In this document: positions 9,577-22,149 of the stretch, piece after piece | How positions within the stretch are numbered: position 1 is the stretch's first letter | How the letters are laid out: every line of letters begins with the position of its first letter | Origin: Ginkgo biloba | Taxonomy: Eukaryota; Plantae; Ginkgophyta | Assembly (NCBI GenBank): GCA_024626585.2 | Contig: JANKJI020000002.1 | Span: forward strand, 150,525,458 to 150,552,108 | DNA length: 26,651 bases | Direction: 5' to 3' | The notes under the pieces: generated by a model | Database searches by the model: none | What the model was told of the DNA's origin: nothing | Seen by the model: only the letters and a program-made list of their open reading frames with translations | Program-made: the position numbers and the translations under genes

Positions 9577-10482
9577 AAATGCATTAATGCAAACTAATAA
9601 GGTAGGATAGTAGTTTGCAATTAAATAATTGGACTAATAGTTTACTTAATTATCATATATTATTATGAATTAGGAAATTAGGTTAGTGGATTGCAAACTA
9701 ATGGTGGTTACATTAGTACTTTTTAGGCAAAATAGAGTGATATGCATCTAAATTCCTAGATTAGTGACTTGAACCTTACATATAATGATTTATAAAATTG
9801 AAGTGACATTATTGGTTTGTAGTGTACATAGAATGGATTAGCACAAACAAAGAAATTGCATTAGCAGTTTACTTCTTAAGAGGAAAAAAAATTAGCACAA
9901 ACCAAGAACTTAGATTAGTTATAATTCATAAAATCATAATTGGATTAGAGCTACATTGGTGATTTGTAGCCTAATTGAAGCAGATTAGTGTACATTGAAA
10001 TTATTAAATTGTAGTGTATATATAGTGGATTAATTTAAACCAAGAACTTAGATGAGTGTGTGACATCATGATTATCGATTTAATCTTATACAATATAAAT
10101 ATAATAGAAAAAAATAGTATGTAGTATATCTTATCACAACATTGAGGGATAATAAAAGGTGTGACTTGATGGAGATACNNNNNNNNNNNNNNNNNNGCAT
10201 AGCTCTTCTTAAAAGCTTCAAAATGAGTGGCCATAAGACTACATGGAGACTTGATTAGGCCCTATTTAGGGATAAAAGAATACAAGAAGGGATTAGAAAA
10301 TTTCTTAAGGTTGTTAGAAAGTTGGTGACCTTATAAGATGACACAAGGATTAATCTCTACGAGTCAACATTAATTATTAAGGAACTAAGACCATGGGCCA
10401 ATTTAGAGGCCAATATTAACTTAAAAAGTGACTTGAAGCCCAAAAGTATTTTTCTTATTTTATTAAATTTTAGAAATACATA
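9577..10482 (+). repeat. Direct duplication, copy 1
   Basis: Aligns by eye with 11318-12419, from aaatgcattaatgcaaac through tatttttcttatt...aaatttta. It lacks about 190-200 bp present in copy 2 (~11875-12075). Confidence 0.92.
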
Positions 10483-11317
10483 NNNNNNNNNNNNNNNNNN
10501 NNNNNNNNNNNNNNNNNNNNNNNNNNNNNNNNNNNNNNNNNNNNNNNNNNNNNNNNNNNNNNNNNNNNNNNNNNNNNNNNNNATTAGTATGCCTTAGTGC
10601 ATGGGAAATCAAGAGGAGGGATATCTCAGTACTTAGAGAGAGATGACCCTAATGCCTAAAAGTGGGGCTTGGAGCCCACTACCTTAGTACACCTAGCTAC
10701 AAGGGGTGCACTCAAACAAGAACGATGTTTGGGGTTGACAATTAGCCTAATGGTATCAGAGGTTTATGTTGGTAACTACAATTAAGTCCTCAAGGTGTCC
10801 TCATGGCCAACAGCAGAAGTGTGATGCATGCCATCAAACCCTTAACCTTTATCCTAACAATGCAACCTGGGTATAAATAAATGTTTCATGCATAAGAAAA
10901 TGGGAGGAGTGTTAAGAAACTACTAGAAAACCCTATGAAGAAGAAGAAAATGCATCCCAATCGGAAGAGGAAGAAACTAAAGAGGAATTTAAGAGATAAC
11001 CTAAATGCAAGAAATCTAAGAAAGAATGGGAGTTGTTGCAGAATGTAAGACAATTCAAGAATATGCAAATCCCCGACTTCAATGGAACAACATTAGGGAC
11101 CTCCTTAGAGCTTGGGTAAGGTCTACAGAACTTTTCTTAGATACATTTGGAATATTAGATGAGAATAGTGTAAAAGTAGTTTCTATGGCTTTCAAAGAGA
11201 GTGTTCGGGAATGGTGGAAGAACACACAAATAGAAATAGAGGGTGTTATGAAAGAGACAATTTCAACATGGGAAGAGTTGAAAGAAGTAATGAGTAAGAA
11301 ATATGCCCCTCGAAATG
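10125..11317 (+). mobile_element. Ty3/Gypsy 5' fragment: LTR, Met-tRNA primer-binding site and truncated gag
   Basis: PBS TGGTATCAGAG at 10751-10761. ORF 11026-11328 reads AWVRSTELFLDTFG..VKVVSMAFKESVREWWK..ISTWEELKEVMSKKYAP (Retrotrans_gag pattern) and is cut at the duplication junction. The LTR left end is deleted in this copy; it may correspond to TGTTACATCC at 11985 in copy 2. Confidence 0.78.
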
Positions 11318-12419
11318 AAATGCATTAATGCAAACCAATAAGGAAGGTTAGTAGTTTGCAATTAAATAATTGGACTGATAGTTTACCTAATTATAGTATA
11401 TTATTATAAACTAGGAAGCTAGGTTAGTGGATTGCAAAGCAATGGTGGTTACATTAGTACTTTTTAGGCAACAAAGAGCGATTTGCATATGAATTCCTAG
11501 ATTAGTGACTTGTACCCTACATATAATGATTTAATAATTTCTAAATTGAAATGACATTTCTAGTTTGTAGTGTATACATAATGGATTAAAACAAACAAAG
11601 AAATTGCATTAGCATTTTACTTCTTAGGAGGAAAAAAAATTAGCACAAACCAAGAACTTGGATTAGTTATTCACAAAATCATAATTAGATTGGAGCTACA
11701 TTGGTGGTTTGTAGCCTAATTGAAGTGGATTAATGTACATTGAAATTATCAACCTGTAGTGTAAGTATAGTGGATAAATTTAAACCAAGAAATTAGATGA
11801 GTGTGTGACATCATGATAATATCGATTTAATATTATATAGTATAAATATAATGGAAAATAATAGTATATAGTAGTATGGGTATAATGAATGCATGGTTTG
11901 TGGTATCTTATTTTATTAAAAAAATATTAACCTTATGATTTTAACATGATATAATATTTATTTTTTATTTTTCTAATGGTGTGTTGTTACATCCTAATCA
12001 TATCACAAAAGAAATTTTATCTCTTCCTATTATACTCCATCAACCAATCAAATCAATTTTCTTTCTAAAGGCATTATATCTTATGACAACATTAAGGGAT
12101 AGTAAAATTTGTTACTTGATGGAGATAATTATCTAAAATCATATTTCTTCTTAAAATCTTCAAAATGAGTGGCCATAAGACTATGTGGAGACTTGATTAG
12201 GACCCATTTAGGGATAAGAGAATATAAGAAGGTATAAGGAAATTTATTAAGGTTGTTAGAAAGTTGATGACCTCATAAGATGACACAAGGATTAATCTCT
12301 AAGAGTCAAAATTAATTATTAAGGAACTAGCACCATGGGCCAACTTAGAGGCCAATATTAACTTAAAAAGTGGCTCGAAGCCCAACAGTATTTTTCTTAT
12401 TCTTTTAAATTTTATAAAT
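11318..12419 (+). repeat. Direct duplication, copy 2 (offset 1741 bp at its left end)
   Basis: Collinear with 9577-10482, with scattered substitutions and small indels. Confidence 0.92.
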
Positions 12420-12649
12420 NNNNNNNNNNNNNNNNNNNNNNNAGTTATTACACCAAAAAGTACAAAATTTTCTATTTAGGACAAAAATCCTAAGTAGAAA
12501 GGGCCAAAACTAGTCAACAACAGGACGCGGATCTTAAGCAAGACTAATTAACTACATAACACAATATAAGTTTACATAATACATTAAACTAAGAGTCCAT
12601 GAAAAAAAAATGAAAAAATAGATAATCAATAATGAAGATGATCCAAATC

Positions 12650-14150
12650 ACTAGTTTAGGATGAAGGCAATGGTCTATTTAGAAGAAATTATGGAAGGCT
12701 CAAGCCACTTGCCAAACTATTACATCAGTCCTAAAAGATAGTCCTCAAGTCTTTTCACCTTGATAAGTTTCTGTATGACATCATGAGTGGTTGAAACATA
12801 AGGATATTCATCATCATATAAATCCATAATTATACACAAGTCAAGTTCACTACATTTATTAACACTATGTCCACTTTCAACTTTAAGCTTAGAATATTTT
12901 AAGTAAATGTTGAAAGTTTCTATAATACTATACCTTGATTCACTATCTAAAAATGATATTAGATGCTCCAAATGATCCTATTCCTATAAATCTAGATTAT
13001 CTTCATCATCATATCTAGTAATAACCTCAGGCTTAAGATGAGGAGGATGATTAACTTCTCTTATTAAGGAAGAAGACTCATATTTTAGGATATGAACATC
13101 ATTCAACTTAACCATCTACTTCTTAAGGACTAAAGGAAACCAATCATCCCACTTAATTGACTCGAGTCCAATATCCTTCTCATGTTAAGGCCAAGTAATA
13201 ACCTCAACATCATCTAGAACTTGATTAGAAGGAGGACAACCTAATCTCTTAACTATCTTATGAGTGATGCCTTAACTATTATGATATTTATTTTAATTTA
13301 GAATATTATATGGAGCATTCCATCCATTTAACTAATCATTATTTTGAACATGCTACTTATTATCTAAAATACCTCTATGAGCTTGAAGAGTGTTTACTTA
13401 GCAATTTTATTATTCTTACTATTCACCACAATAATAATAGAATAAATTATAAATGAATTATTAATTTTCAATAATATGAACTTATGACATTCACCACTAA
13501 TTAGGTTCTTTAATGTAATCCATAGACAAATTACACAACACAACACATGCCATAACCAATACTTTTGTTAATCTCAATTCTCAAATGCATAGATAACAAG
13601 TCACTTCTACAAGTTCTACAAAATAACCTTACATAACAACTATAGAATCTCACCTACACAACCTTACACATCAAATATTGATTCCCATATATGCATTAAT
13701 TTATAATTCTATGCATTATATAACTTTGTTATCATATGTATTTCCACCTAAAACTCAAAAAGTTCTAATTTTAAATATTTCTTTCTACTCCTTTGTAAAT
13801 ACACTTTACATTCTCATCTCAAAATAAACACCATTTCCCTCTACCCTTATCTCTATCAAACTTATCATACAATTCCATATACCATCCTTATACACAAGCC
13901 TATCAAAATATTAGTTAGATTCCAACACCCTAGCAAAAGATGAACCACTCTCAAGCAACTTTATAACCTTCTTAAAAGAAACTTACATCATAATTAATTT
14001 AGTCATAGTATCATGATTTATACTAGTGAGGGGCCTTGGGGAATCATCATAAATGATCCTACATCTATTTTTTAAAATAAACCATAAAATACATACTTTA
14101 GAAATATACTAAACATCATACCAAAGACCGATTCTTTAGCATTTGGTTCA
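12650..14150 (-). mobile_element. Heavily decayed retrotransposon gag-like region
   Basis: Minus-strand fragments near 13500-13780 (VRLF..., ..SIG[Y/S]..LCNL[S/F]MDY) resemble the RLF..SL...A..WF......SI.SW..L...F gag pattern. There are many stops and frameshifts, and the boundaries are uncertain. Confidence 0.35.
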
Positions 14151-14154
14151 ACAA

Positions 14155-14612
14155 TAATATCTCAGTCGCCTTTTCCCGTGTCATCTCCTTTGCAATCAAT
14201 GCATAACATACACTCGTTACATGCACACTCTTCATGAACTACTTCATTAACAACACTACTTGGTAAGACTCATCTTCTCTTATAGGCGATAATATAAAGT
14301 GCTTCTCATCTTTGATAATGGTAAAAGTGTTTTGTCTTCCATTATGCATTGCCTCTCAGTCATATTGCCATGGTCTTCCTAACAGTATGTGATAAGTATC
14401 CATAGGTACCATATCACACAACACTTCATCACAATGTTTTCCTAGTTGGATGGTTACCAAAAATTTTTCCTTGACATTAATCTCACCCCCTTTCTTGAAC
14501 CAGGATATTCGATATGGTGTCTCATGTCATTGTCGGTGTAATCCCAACTTCTTGACCATTACCTTCGATACCATATTTTTGTAGCTTCCACCATCGATAA
14601 TCACATCATAAA
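14155..14612 (-). mobile_element. CRM-like Gypsy aspartic protease fragment
   Basis: The minus strand reads VIIDGGSYKNMVSKVMVKKLGLHRQ*HETPYRISWFKKGGEINVKEKFLVTIQLGKHCDEVLCDMVPMDTYHILLGRPWQYD. It is homologous to 19325-19454 on the + strand. Confidence 0.9.
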
Positions 14613-15304
14613 NNNNNNNNNNNNNNNNNNNNNNNNNNNNNNNNNNNNNNNNNNNNNNNNNNNNNNNNNNNNNNNNNNNNNNNNNNNNNNNNNNNNNNNN
14701 NNNNNNNNNNNNTTCAAATTAGGCATTCTCCCCTGTGAATCAATTGGAGGGTGAAATTCCCTCCAAGTACTCTCATTATTTCTGCTCCCATTTGACTAAT
14801 TATGGAGGCAATCATCCCCCTAATGGGTCGAGCTTACTAGGCCCAACCATCTCTTATAGTGACTCTGTATTAGGCAACTTTACTTATTACAAACCAACAA
14901 ACATCTCTAAAATTGAAGAAGTTGTGAACTAGTGCAAGAATTTCCTTTCTAATGAAAAATTTTGCCTAACACCTTACTCTCTAGAAAGCTAGACTATCCT
15001 AGAGAAGGGCCAATGCAACAAAGATGCCAGCGAGATCAACTCAGTGAGAATGGATAAAGGGAAATCAAAGGCAAAAGAAGGTAAGGGCTCTATCCCTAAC
15101 CTTTTTTCAATTTATTTCAATGAAAAGCTATTCAAGATTAGCGGGTTAACTCAATCTTGAAATTTGATGGAAAAATATATGGTTTTCACTAATTTTCCCA
15201 TCAAATACGTTTGATTTGAAAATTTAGCCATCATCTCTGACAAACAAATATTTTTTTTAAATTGTCATTTTGACATGTATTCGTTAAATTTTCCTAATCA
15301 CACA

Positions 15305-15326
15305 TATATATATATATATGTATATA
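15305..15326. repeat. (TA)n microsatellite
   Basis: Visible tatatatatatatatgtatata run. Confidence 0.75.
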
Positions 15327-16471
15327 AGATGGCTTGATAGTGGACAATAAATATTTTAAATTTTGAGACTCATTAATGATATTTGAAAATTTTGCAACAA
15401 TCTTAAGTTGCCCATGATTAATTTACATTCTTTGATAGTTCATGGAGAAAGCGGTTCAAATTTTATATACATTACTTTCTCTTTATTCAAATTTCTACCG
15501 TTAAAGTCTTAAAGATTGTGCAAGCGACTAACTAATCCGTTGGACTTTGTTGAGAATTNNNNNNNNNNNNNNNNNNNNNNNNNNNNNNNNNNNNNNNNNN
15601 NNNNNNNNNNNNNNNNNNNNNNNNNNGAACCACATTCTCATTTCTCAAATTGGTATTATTAGCGTTGCATACAGCCTCACGACTCTATTCCTAACCCAAT
15701 TCATTGTCTGCATGCATTCTTTTGTAAAAAGTTGTACCATTCTTATTTATATTATATTATTCGCTTTTACTTGAAATTTAAAAGTTGGAGGCTAACCCTC
15801 GCTTGCTAAAGCATTGAGAATTTCAAATGATACAGAAGTTTGAATAAGCGAATGTGGTTTAAATTAGAGAGTGCACCCGCCANNNNNNNNNNNNNNNNNN
15901 NNNNNNNNNNNNNNNNNNNNNNNNNNNNNNNNNNNNNNNNNNNNNNNNNNNNNNNNNNNNNNNNNNNNNNNNNNNNNNNNNNATGGAAGATGGAACTATA
16001 AAAAGAGGTGATTGGTAGAGGAAAGAACACTAAAATAAGTCACATAGAGGATGAGAGAAGTATAGAGGATGTAGTTAGAGGAGAAGGAGAAAATACAACA
16101 AATAGAACCCAAAACACCGATAGTGTAGAGAAAAAAGAACTTAGGAAGAAGATTACAAAGTTGGCTAATGAGAAAGCCATGAGAAGAGTCAGTAATAAAT
16201 CAGAATTTGAATCAGAACCATAAGAGGTTGTGCGACGAGCACCTCATAGGTTAGAAGACTTTGACGCACTATTTTTGGAGGTACTGAAAAACTGAAGGAG
16301 TGGTACCAAAATGGATATTTTGACTTTTGAAGGAAGCCTAAAACCAAAGGATTTATTAGATTGGATAGGAGCCTTAGAGAAATATTTTGATTGGGAGGAG
16401 ATGGAAGACCCTAAGAGATTTAAGTTTACATGTACTAAGTTAACGGGGCATGCCACTCTTTGGTAGGAATG

Positions 16472-18292
16472 TGATACAGTACCGATAAATCGTCGAACAA
16501 ATTCAACGTCTGTCAGGCATAATGAAACTAATGAAGGTTAGTGATTCATGTCATGGGTTGTCAGTGATAAGGTAATCTAATGCTAATGGCTTGCACCAAT
16601 ACTGGCATAGTCCTACGTTCCAAGCTCTTAGCGATCACCCTGGCCAATGAATTTGGTAATTCCTCTCATCAGGATGTCATGGGCTATTTGTCAATTATGC
16701 TCAATGATACAAACACATAAAATAAGGATTTTTCTTCCTCAAGAACTTGACACTTGAGGATCTACANNNNNNNNNNNNNNNNNNNNNNNNNNNNNNNNNN
16801 NNNNNNNNNNNNNNNNNNNNNNNNNNNNNNNNNNNNNNNNNNNNNNNNNNNNNNNNNNNNNNNNNNNNCCTTAAGGGGAATAAAACTCTAGGTACATTAG
16901 CAACAACTTCTTTTAAGTATTACAATAGCCTCCAAGGCTCTTCCTTATGTTGGAGGGCATCATAATTAGGTACAATATTTTAATACAGAAAATATAGGAC
17001 CACAAGCCATAAGCCATGAGTTGTCCCATCGACCGCTCTATTTGACTCTACATCGCTTTCTCTTTATCTTGTTGGTGAACATCCTCAATGCCATTTTCTT
17101 GCCTTCACTTGGTGGATAATTCAATATTTCTACCGACTACCTCAAATTTGATAATTTTTTCGGCCCGCGGTTCCTTTCTTTGAGTTTCCTCAAGATTGGC
17201 AAATCTACTTGGTATGTTGGGTGAATTCCTCAATGCCTCTACCGACTGCCTTAAGTTCAATGAATCTGTCAATGTTCATCAAGTTGCATGAAGTTTGGTG
17301 AATATACTTGATCTATAGGTGCATTTGAACACCAAAATCACATAATCTACCAACACTCAACTCGGATACTATGCTTTGCACTCACTCTACTCTTTTCATC
17401 AACTATTTCACCACAACCTTCAAAACCAACTAACAACCAAAAAAATAAAAATTAAATAACCCTTTCCTCAGCTTCCCTCTGGGATTTTATGCTCTCTGTT
17501 TCTCCCATAGCTTGTGCAAGAAGCTTCACTTCCTCTAATAACTCAGTTAGTGAGGATTTAATACATTGTCATAGTTATCACCATTCATACATTGCCATAG
17601 TTCCTTTATGCCATGCCTCTTCTTCTTCCTTCATCACCCGGTAGATGCAATATTACTATTTTTTAGTACTAGTATACAACCACCTATGTGACTCCCTCTT
17701 TGTCCTTTTACTATATTAAATTTGAGTAGGTGAGTGATCAGATAGAATCATTAAGAATCACTCTTTGACACAGGTCTCTAACATAAATTATTCACATAAC
17801 AAATTATGTCCATACTTTTATATCATATCGGGGAACCTTGAGTTTAAAATTCATGTCAGTATCGATCACCTATTGTTCAATGATGTCGGTCCTCCATCTC
17901 AAATGTTAGTATCAGTCATCACTCACCCAATGATGTCGATCATTACTTATCCTATCCCTGATGATGTCAAGTAATTCTATCATTGTCATCCTCCCTTTTT
18001 TGTTCCACCAATGATGTCATTCTTCACCCAACATGCTCTACCGATGATGTCGGCCAAACCCACGTTGATGTCGATTGCCCATTATGTGGATCAAATGTCC
18101 ATTACTCTGTCGATGCTCCACACTTAACTTATGTTGGTGTTAGACTCTAAGGATGTCGGTTTACTTGACCAACAAATATAACCTCCAAATACTTTTTAGT
18201 TTGCCAAAATCATGCCATCGATATGTCATCTCCACTTCCCTTAGCCAAAACTATGTACCTTGTCAAAATGCTACCAATATTCTCCTATATCA
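16472..18292 (-). mobile_element. Solo LTR (~1.8 kb) inserted antisense in the chromovirus gag
   Basis: Termini TGATACAG...CTATATCA (TG..CA, 7/8 inverted match) and flanks GAATG / GAACA. Removing it restores the gag frame W*EHLQKER. Orientation is taken from the PBS position in the homologue at 19988. Confidence 0.87.
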
Positions 18293-19554
18293 GAACACTT
18301 GCAGAAGGAGAGAATGTGAATGGGTAAGGAAAAATTTCATACCTGGAGTAAAATGGTGGTTACATTTAAGGGTAAGTTCTTACTAGAAGATCATGAGAAA
18401 AGGTTTCTTAAGGAGTTATAGAACCTAAGATAGAGAGAGAAGAGTGTCGAGGGATACACCAATGAATTTTACTAACTTTCCATCAAAAGTGGATAGGAGG
18501 AAGGAGAAGAATGAAAGACAACTTGATATATCAATGGGATAAAATTTTATATCTAAGATTAATTATCCATGCATCGTATGAAGTCAGTGGAAGAAGAGTA
18601 TTGGTTGGTGTTAAAAGTAGAAGAAAACATTTCAAGGAATTTGAGAAAAAGACCCATGACTAGGGGAGATGAATCTTTAGTTTAGAGATCAAGAGGAGAC
18701 GCTAGAACATGGGGTGGTGAAATCATCTCAAGAAGTGATAGAATGATAGGATACCAACGAGTCCAAGAGGAGAAGTATGCACTTATTAGATGAGAGGATG
18801 ATAGGAGTTTTTCTGACAAAGATCAAGAAAAGGAAGAGGTGGATATACACCATGTAGACTGATAATTTTTTATTTATGTGGTATGGAAAGCCATATTTTA
18901 TTTGAGTGGAAGGTAGGATTAGATGATAGAACATCAAAGGAAGATCTAGGAGAAAATTTATCTAAGGAGGAGGAAGTGGAAGATTGTGAATTGATGGAGA
19001 ACTCTAAGAATCTAATGGTGATTCAGACATCATTGATAGTAAGAGGAGTAATGAAGTTGAATGACAAACAAGGTTGTTTGATGAGGCACTTTGGGTCACC
19101 AACAATAGGACCCTACCGACCAGTGGGAAGTATAATGACAAACCAACTAACAACGTCAGAGAATAAAGTTGCAAACAAGAAGAAATTGACCTAGAGGGAG
19201 AAAAGAACTGCACTAACAACTAGTAGGAAATAAATAGTAAGTGGAAAAACTAGGAGATAGACAAATGACATGGAGCAAAGAAAAATGATTTTTAGAACGA
19301 AGTGTTTATCGGGAAGTAAGTACTATAAAGTGATCATCGATAGATTTAGTTGTGACAATATGGCTTAGGAGGAGATGGTATAGAAATTGGGGTTGTATTG
19401 GCAGGAGAACAAATCACCTTATTAGATCTCATGGTTGAAGAAAGGAGGTGAGCTNNNNNNNNNNNNNNNNNNNNNNNNNNNNNNNNNNNNNNNNNNNNNN
19501 NNNNNNNNNNNNNNNNNNNNNNNNNNNNNNNNNNNNNNNNNNNNNNNNNNNNNN

Positions 19555-20785
19555 TTTTCTAATGGGTGCTCGATGGAGTAGTCACTGATGTGTTAGAGTT
19601 GAGTGCACTGACATCGTCAACGAGGAGAAATCAACGAAGATCCTAGAAGGAAATGTGGTGGTGAATCTAACATTTAGAGGTCACTAATAATGTCAGTATT
19701 GGTGAATACCCATTGGTGTCAATTTAGAAAAGGCTTACCATTGGCTTCATCATTTTCATCGATTTCAATCTATAATAGTTGAAGCCAAGCATATTTGAGG
19801 GCTTGTGGATCATGTCATAGGCCACGCAGTGTCATCAACTCATTTTTAAGGTTGTCAACCTTTTACACTAAAGTATCCATCACTTGAATGAGGGTTCTTT
19901 CCACTCTAGATGCTATCTTGAGTTCTCCTTCACTAGTTAATGTAGTCCAAATAGCTTCTCAAAATGTAATTGTGCTTTGATACTAGTTGATGTAATATCG
20001 ATCGATCTTCGACCAAATTTGATGTCTGTCGGGCGTAGCAAAACTGACACAAGTTAGTGATTCAAGTCATGATTTGCCATTGATAAGGTATTCAAACACT
20101 AACAACTTGCATTGATGATGACATGGTCCTGCCTTCTAGGATCTCAGTGATTTCATTAACCGATTATATTGGTGAGTCCCCTTGTTGAGACGTCACAGGT
20201 TATCTATCAATTACACTCACTGACACACAAATGAAAAAGAAGGATTTTTATTCCTTAAGAACTTGACACCAAAGGATCTTTAATGCAAATAAAAATCAAA
20301 CATAATATTGAGTCATGTAATCACACCATGAGTAAACACAATATTTTTAACTGGAGACACCCTCAAGGGGAATAAAACTCTAGGTACATTAGAAATAATT
20401 TCTTTTAAGTATTACAATAGCCTCTATGGCTCTTCCCCATGTCAAAGGATATCATAATTAGGTACAATATTTTAATACAAAAAAATATAGGACCACAAGA
20501 CATAAGTCGTTAGTTATCTTCGTCGGTTGCTCTATGTCACTCTACACCACTTACTCTTTATCTCATCAGTGAACATCCCCAACACTCTATCGACTACCTC
20601 AAGTTTGGTAATTATGTCAGCCAGTAATTTCTTTCATTGAGTTTCCTCAAGTTTGACAATTGTACTCAAAATTAAGGGTGGACTCTTTAACGCCTCCACT
20701 AACTGCCTTAAATTCAACGATATGTTGGTGTTAATCGAGTTACCTCAAATTTAGTGAATCTACTCAATCCACTTAGTTCATTAGG
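19555..20785 (-). mobile_element. Second member of the same LTR family: partial 5' LTR (19988-20785), PBS and start of the internal region
   Basis: 19988-20785 is collinear with 16472-~17330. GCTTTGATACTA at 19974-19985 is a decayed reverse complement of the Met PBS TGGTATCAGAGC, 2 bp from the LTR end. Both sides end in 100-N gaps. Confidence 0.82.
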
Positions 20786-22149
20786 NNNNNNNNNNNNNNN
20801 NNNNNNNNNNNNNNNNNNNNNNNNNNNNNNNNNNNNNNNNNNNNNNNNNNNNNNNNNNNNNNNNNNNNNNNNNNNNNNNNNNNNNTATTCAACATAGCTG
20901 ATATGTACAAGTATTCAAGTAATGGGGAAGAATAAGGAGAAGCCATGAAGGGTTGGCTACAACAACTATCTAAGTAGAAGATAGAAGAAGTCGAAGAAGT
21001 GTTGGATCAAATGGTGGTAGAGATGAGGAATAACCACTACAATAAACTCATGGTTAAGTGGAAGGGATTGCCACAAGAAGACAACACTTGGATCACCGAA
21101 TAAGAACTTCAAAAGTTAGATGAGGAGAAGTGGTAGAATTTTGAGAGATAACATAAGTAGGAGCTCAGATAAATTTTCTACCAGGAGAGGATGATGTAGG
21201 AGCATTATCACATTTTGAAAATTTTAGCAATTTTGATTAACTGACATTATTAGAGGAGATTTCACCGATAGGAAGAGACACCCAAACATAAGTAGTACTG
21301 GTGGTAGTAGGAAGAATTAAAGATGATAGTTGGAAGAAACCAACCAGAGTACTCTTCACTTATGAATAGAGGGTAATGGAAAATTTAATGCCTCACCAAC
21401 TTGAAGAAAGAGAGAGGGATTTTTTGGGAGCCAAAGAGAACCTTCCAGGATAGAGAAGAGAGAATTTAAGGGGAAAGTAGAGGAGAAGAGAAGGGAAGAG
21501 TTGAGAAGGGATAAGGAGAGCATGTTCCTATACAATACTGAGGAATTGGATGATAGTCTTAGGTTAATTCCTTTAGATCAATAAGAGTGTTTAATGGTGT
21601 AAATGTATATTTTTATATTATCCATGTAATGCCTACAAGGATTTGATTAATGAAAAGAATACTATTATGTCTGTAAATTGTCTTATGGGTCTTTGCTTCT
21701 ATGGCATTGAATTTGTTGATTAATTTGATCCCATCTTTCTCCTTGTTCCTCATTGCACATGTACTTAAGTTATTTATCAATCTTGTATATGGCTCTCATC
21801 TAGTTTGTTGGGTGATAACATCTCGGCGGCATTATCACTCTACGATTTCTTTCCTCAAGGATCCCTTGACCAATGAGATATTTTTTACTTATGGCATCCT
21901 TGATTTTATTTTCTTTCCCTATAAACCATCTTGGGTCTAAACTCCTCAAAGAGCATGGCGTACCTATAATGTCTAGATATCAATTCATATTTAGGTATAA
22001 AAGATAGCAAAGGTTTATGATCTATTATTATTAGTGGGTATTTTCATATCATGATCATTATGGTTACAAATATAGTAGTGTTTGGTTGTAACAATTAAAG
22101 GGAAGTCATCTCAAATATTACTCTTCATTCATAGCATAACAACAATAAT

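Larger units (their letters stand above)
15983..21801 (+). mobile_element. Decayed chromovirus (CRM-like Ty3/Gypsy): gag, protease, integrase C-terminus with chromodomain, PPT and 3' LTR; interrupted by two nested insertions
   Basis: gag: FEGSLKPKDLLDWIGALEKYFDWEEMEDPKRFKFTCTKLTGHATLW*E (16325-16469), resuming as HLQKER..TWSKMV..FKGKFL..EL*NLR*REKSVEGYTNEFY (18296-18475). Protease: QRKMIFRTKC..KVIID..EEMV*KLGL..PY*ISWLKKG (19277-19454). Integrase end FNIADMYKY and chromodomain EVEEVLDQ..LMVKWKGLPQEDNTWITE (20888-21100). PPT AGGAGAGGA at 21183-21191, then an LTR starting TGATG at 21192 with a possible end CATCT ~21801. RT and RNase H are not seen (gaps). Confidence 0.88.

Noticed and set aside
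9577-12419. Paired LTRs of one small retroelement (TRIM/LARD)
   Set aside because: The repeat starts lack TG..CA termini, there is no PPT before copy 2, and the junction cuts gag mid-frame.
14713-15882. Possible host gene or promoter fragment (ORFs 14735-14932 and 15547-15774)
   Set aside because: No recognisable protein motifs or exon structure, and the region is broken by three gaps.
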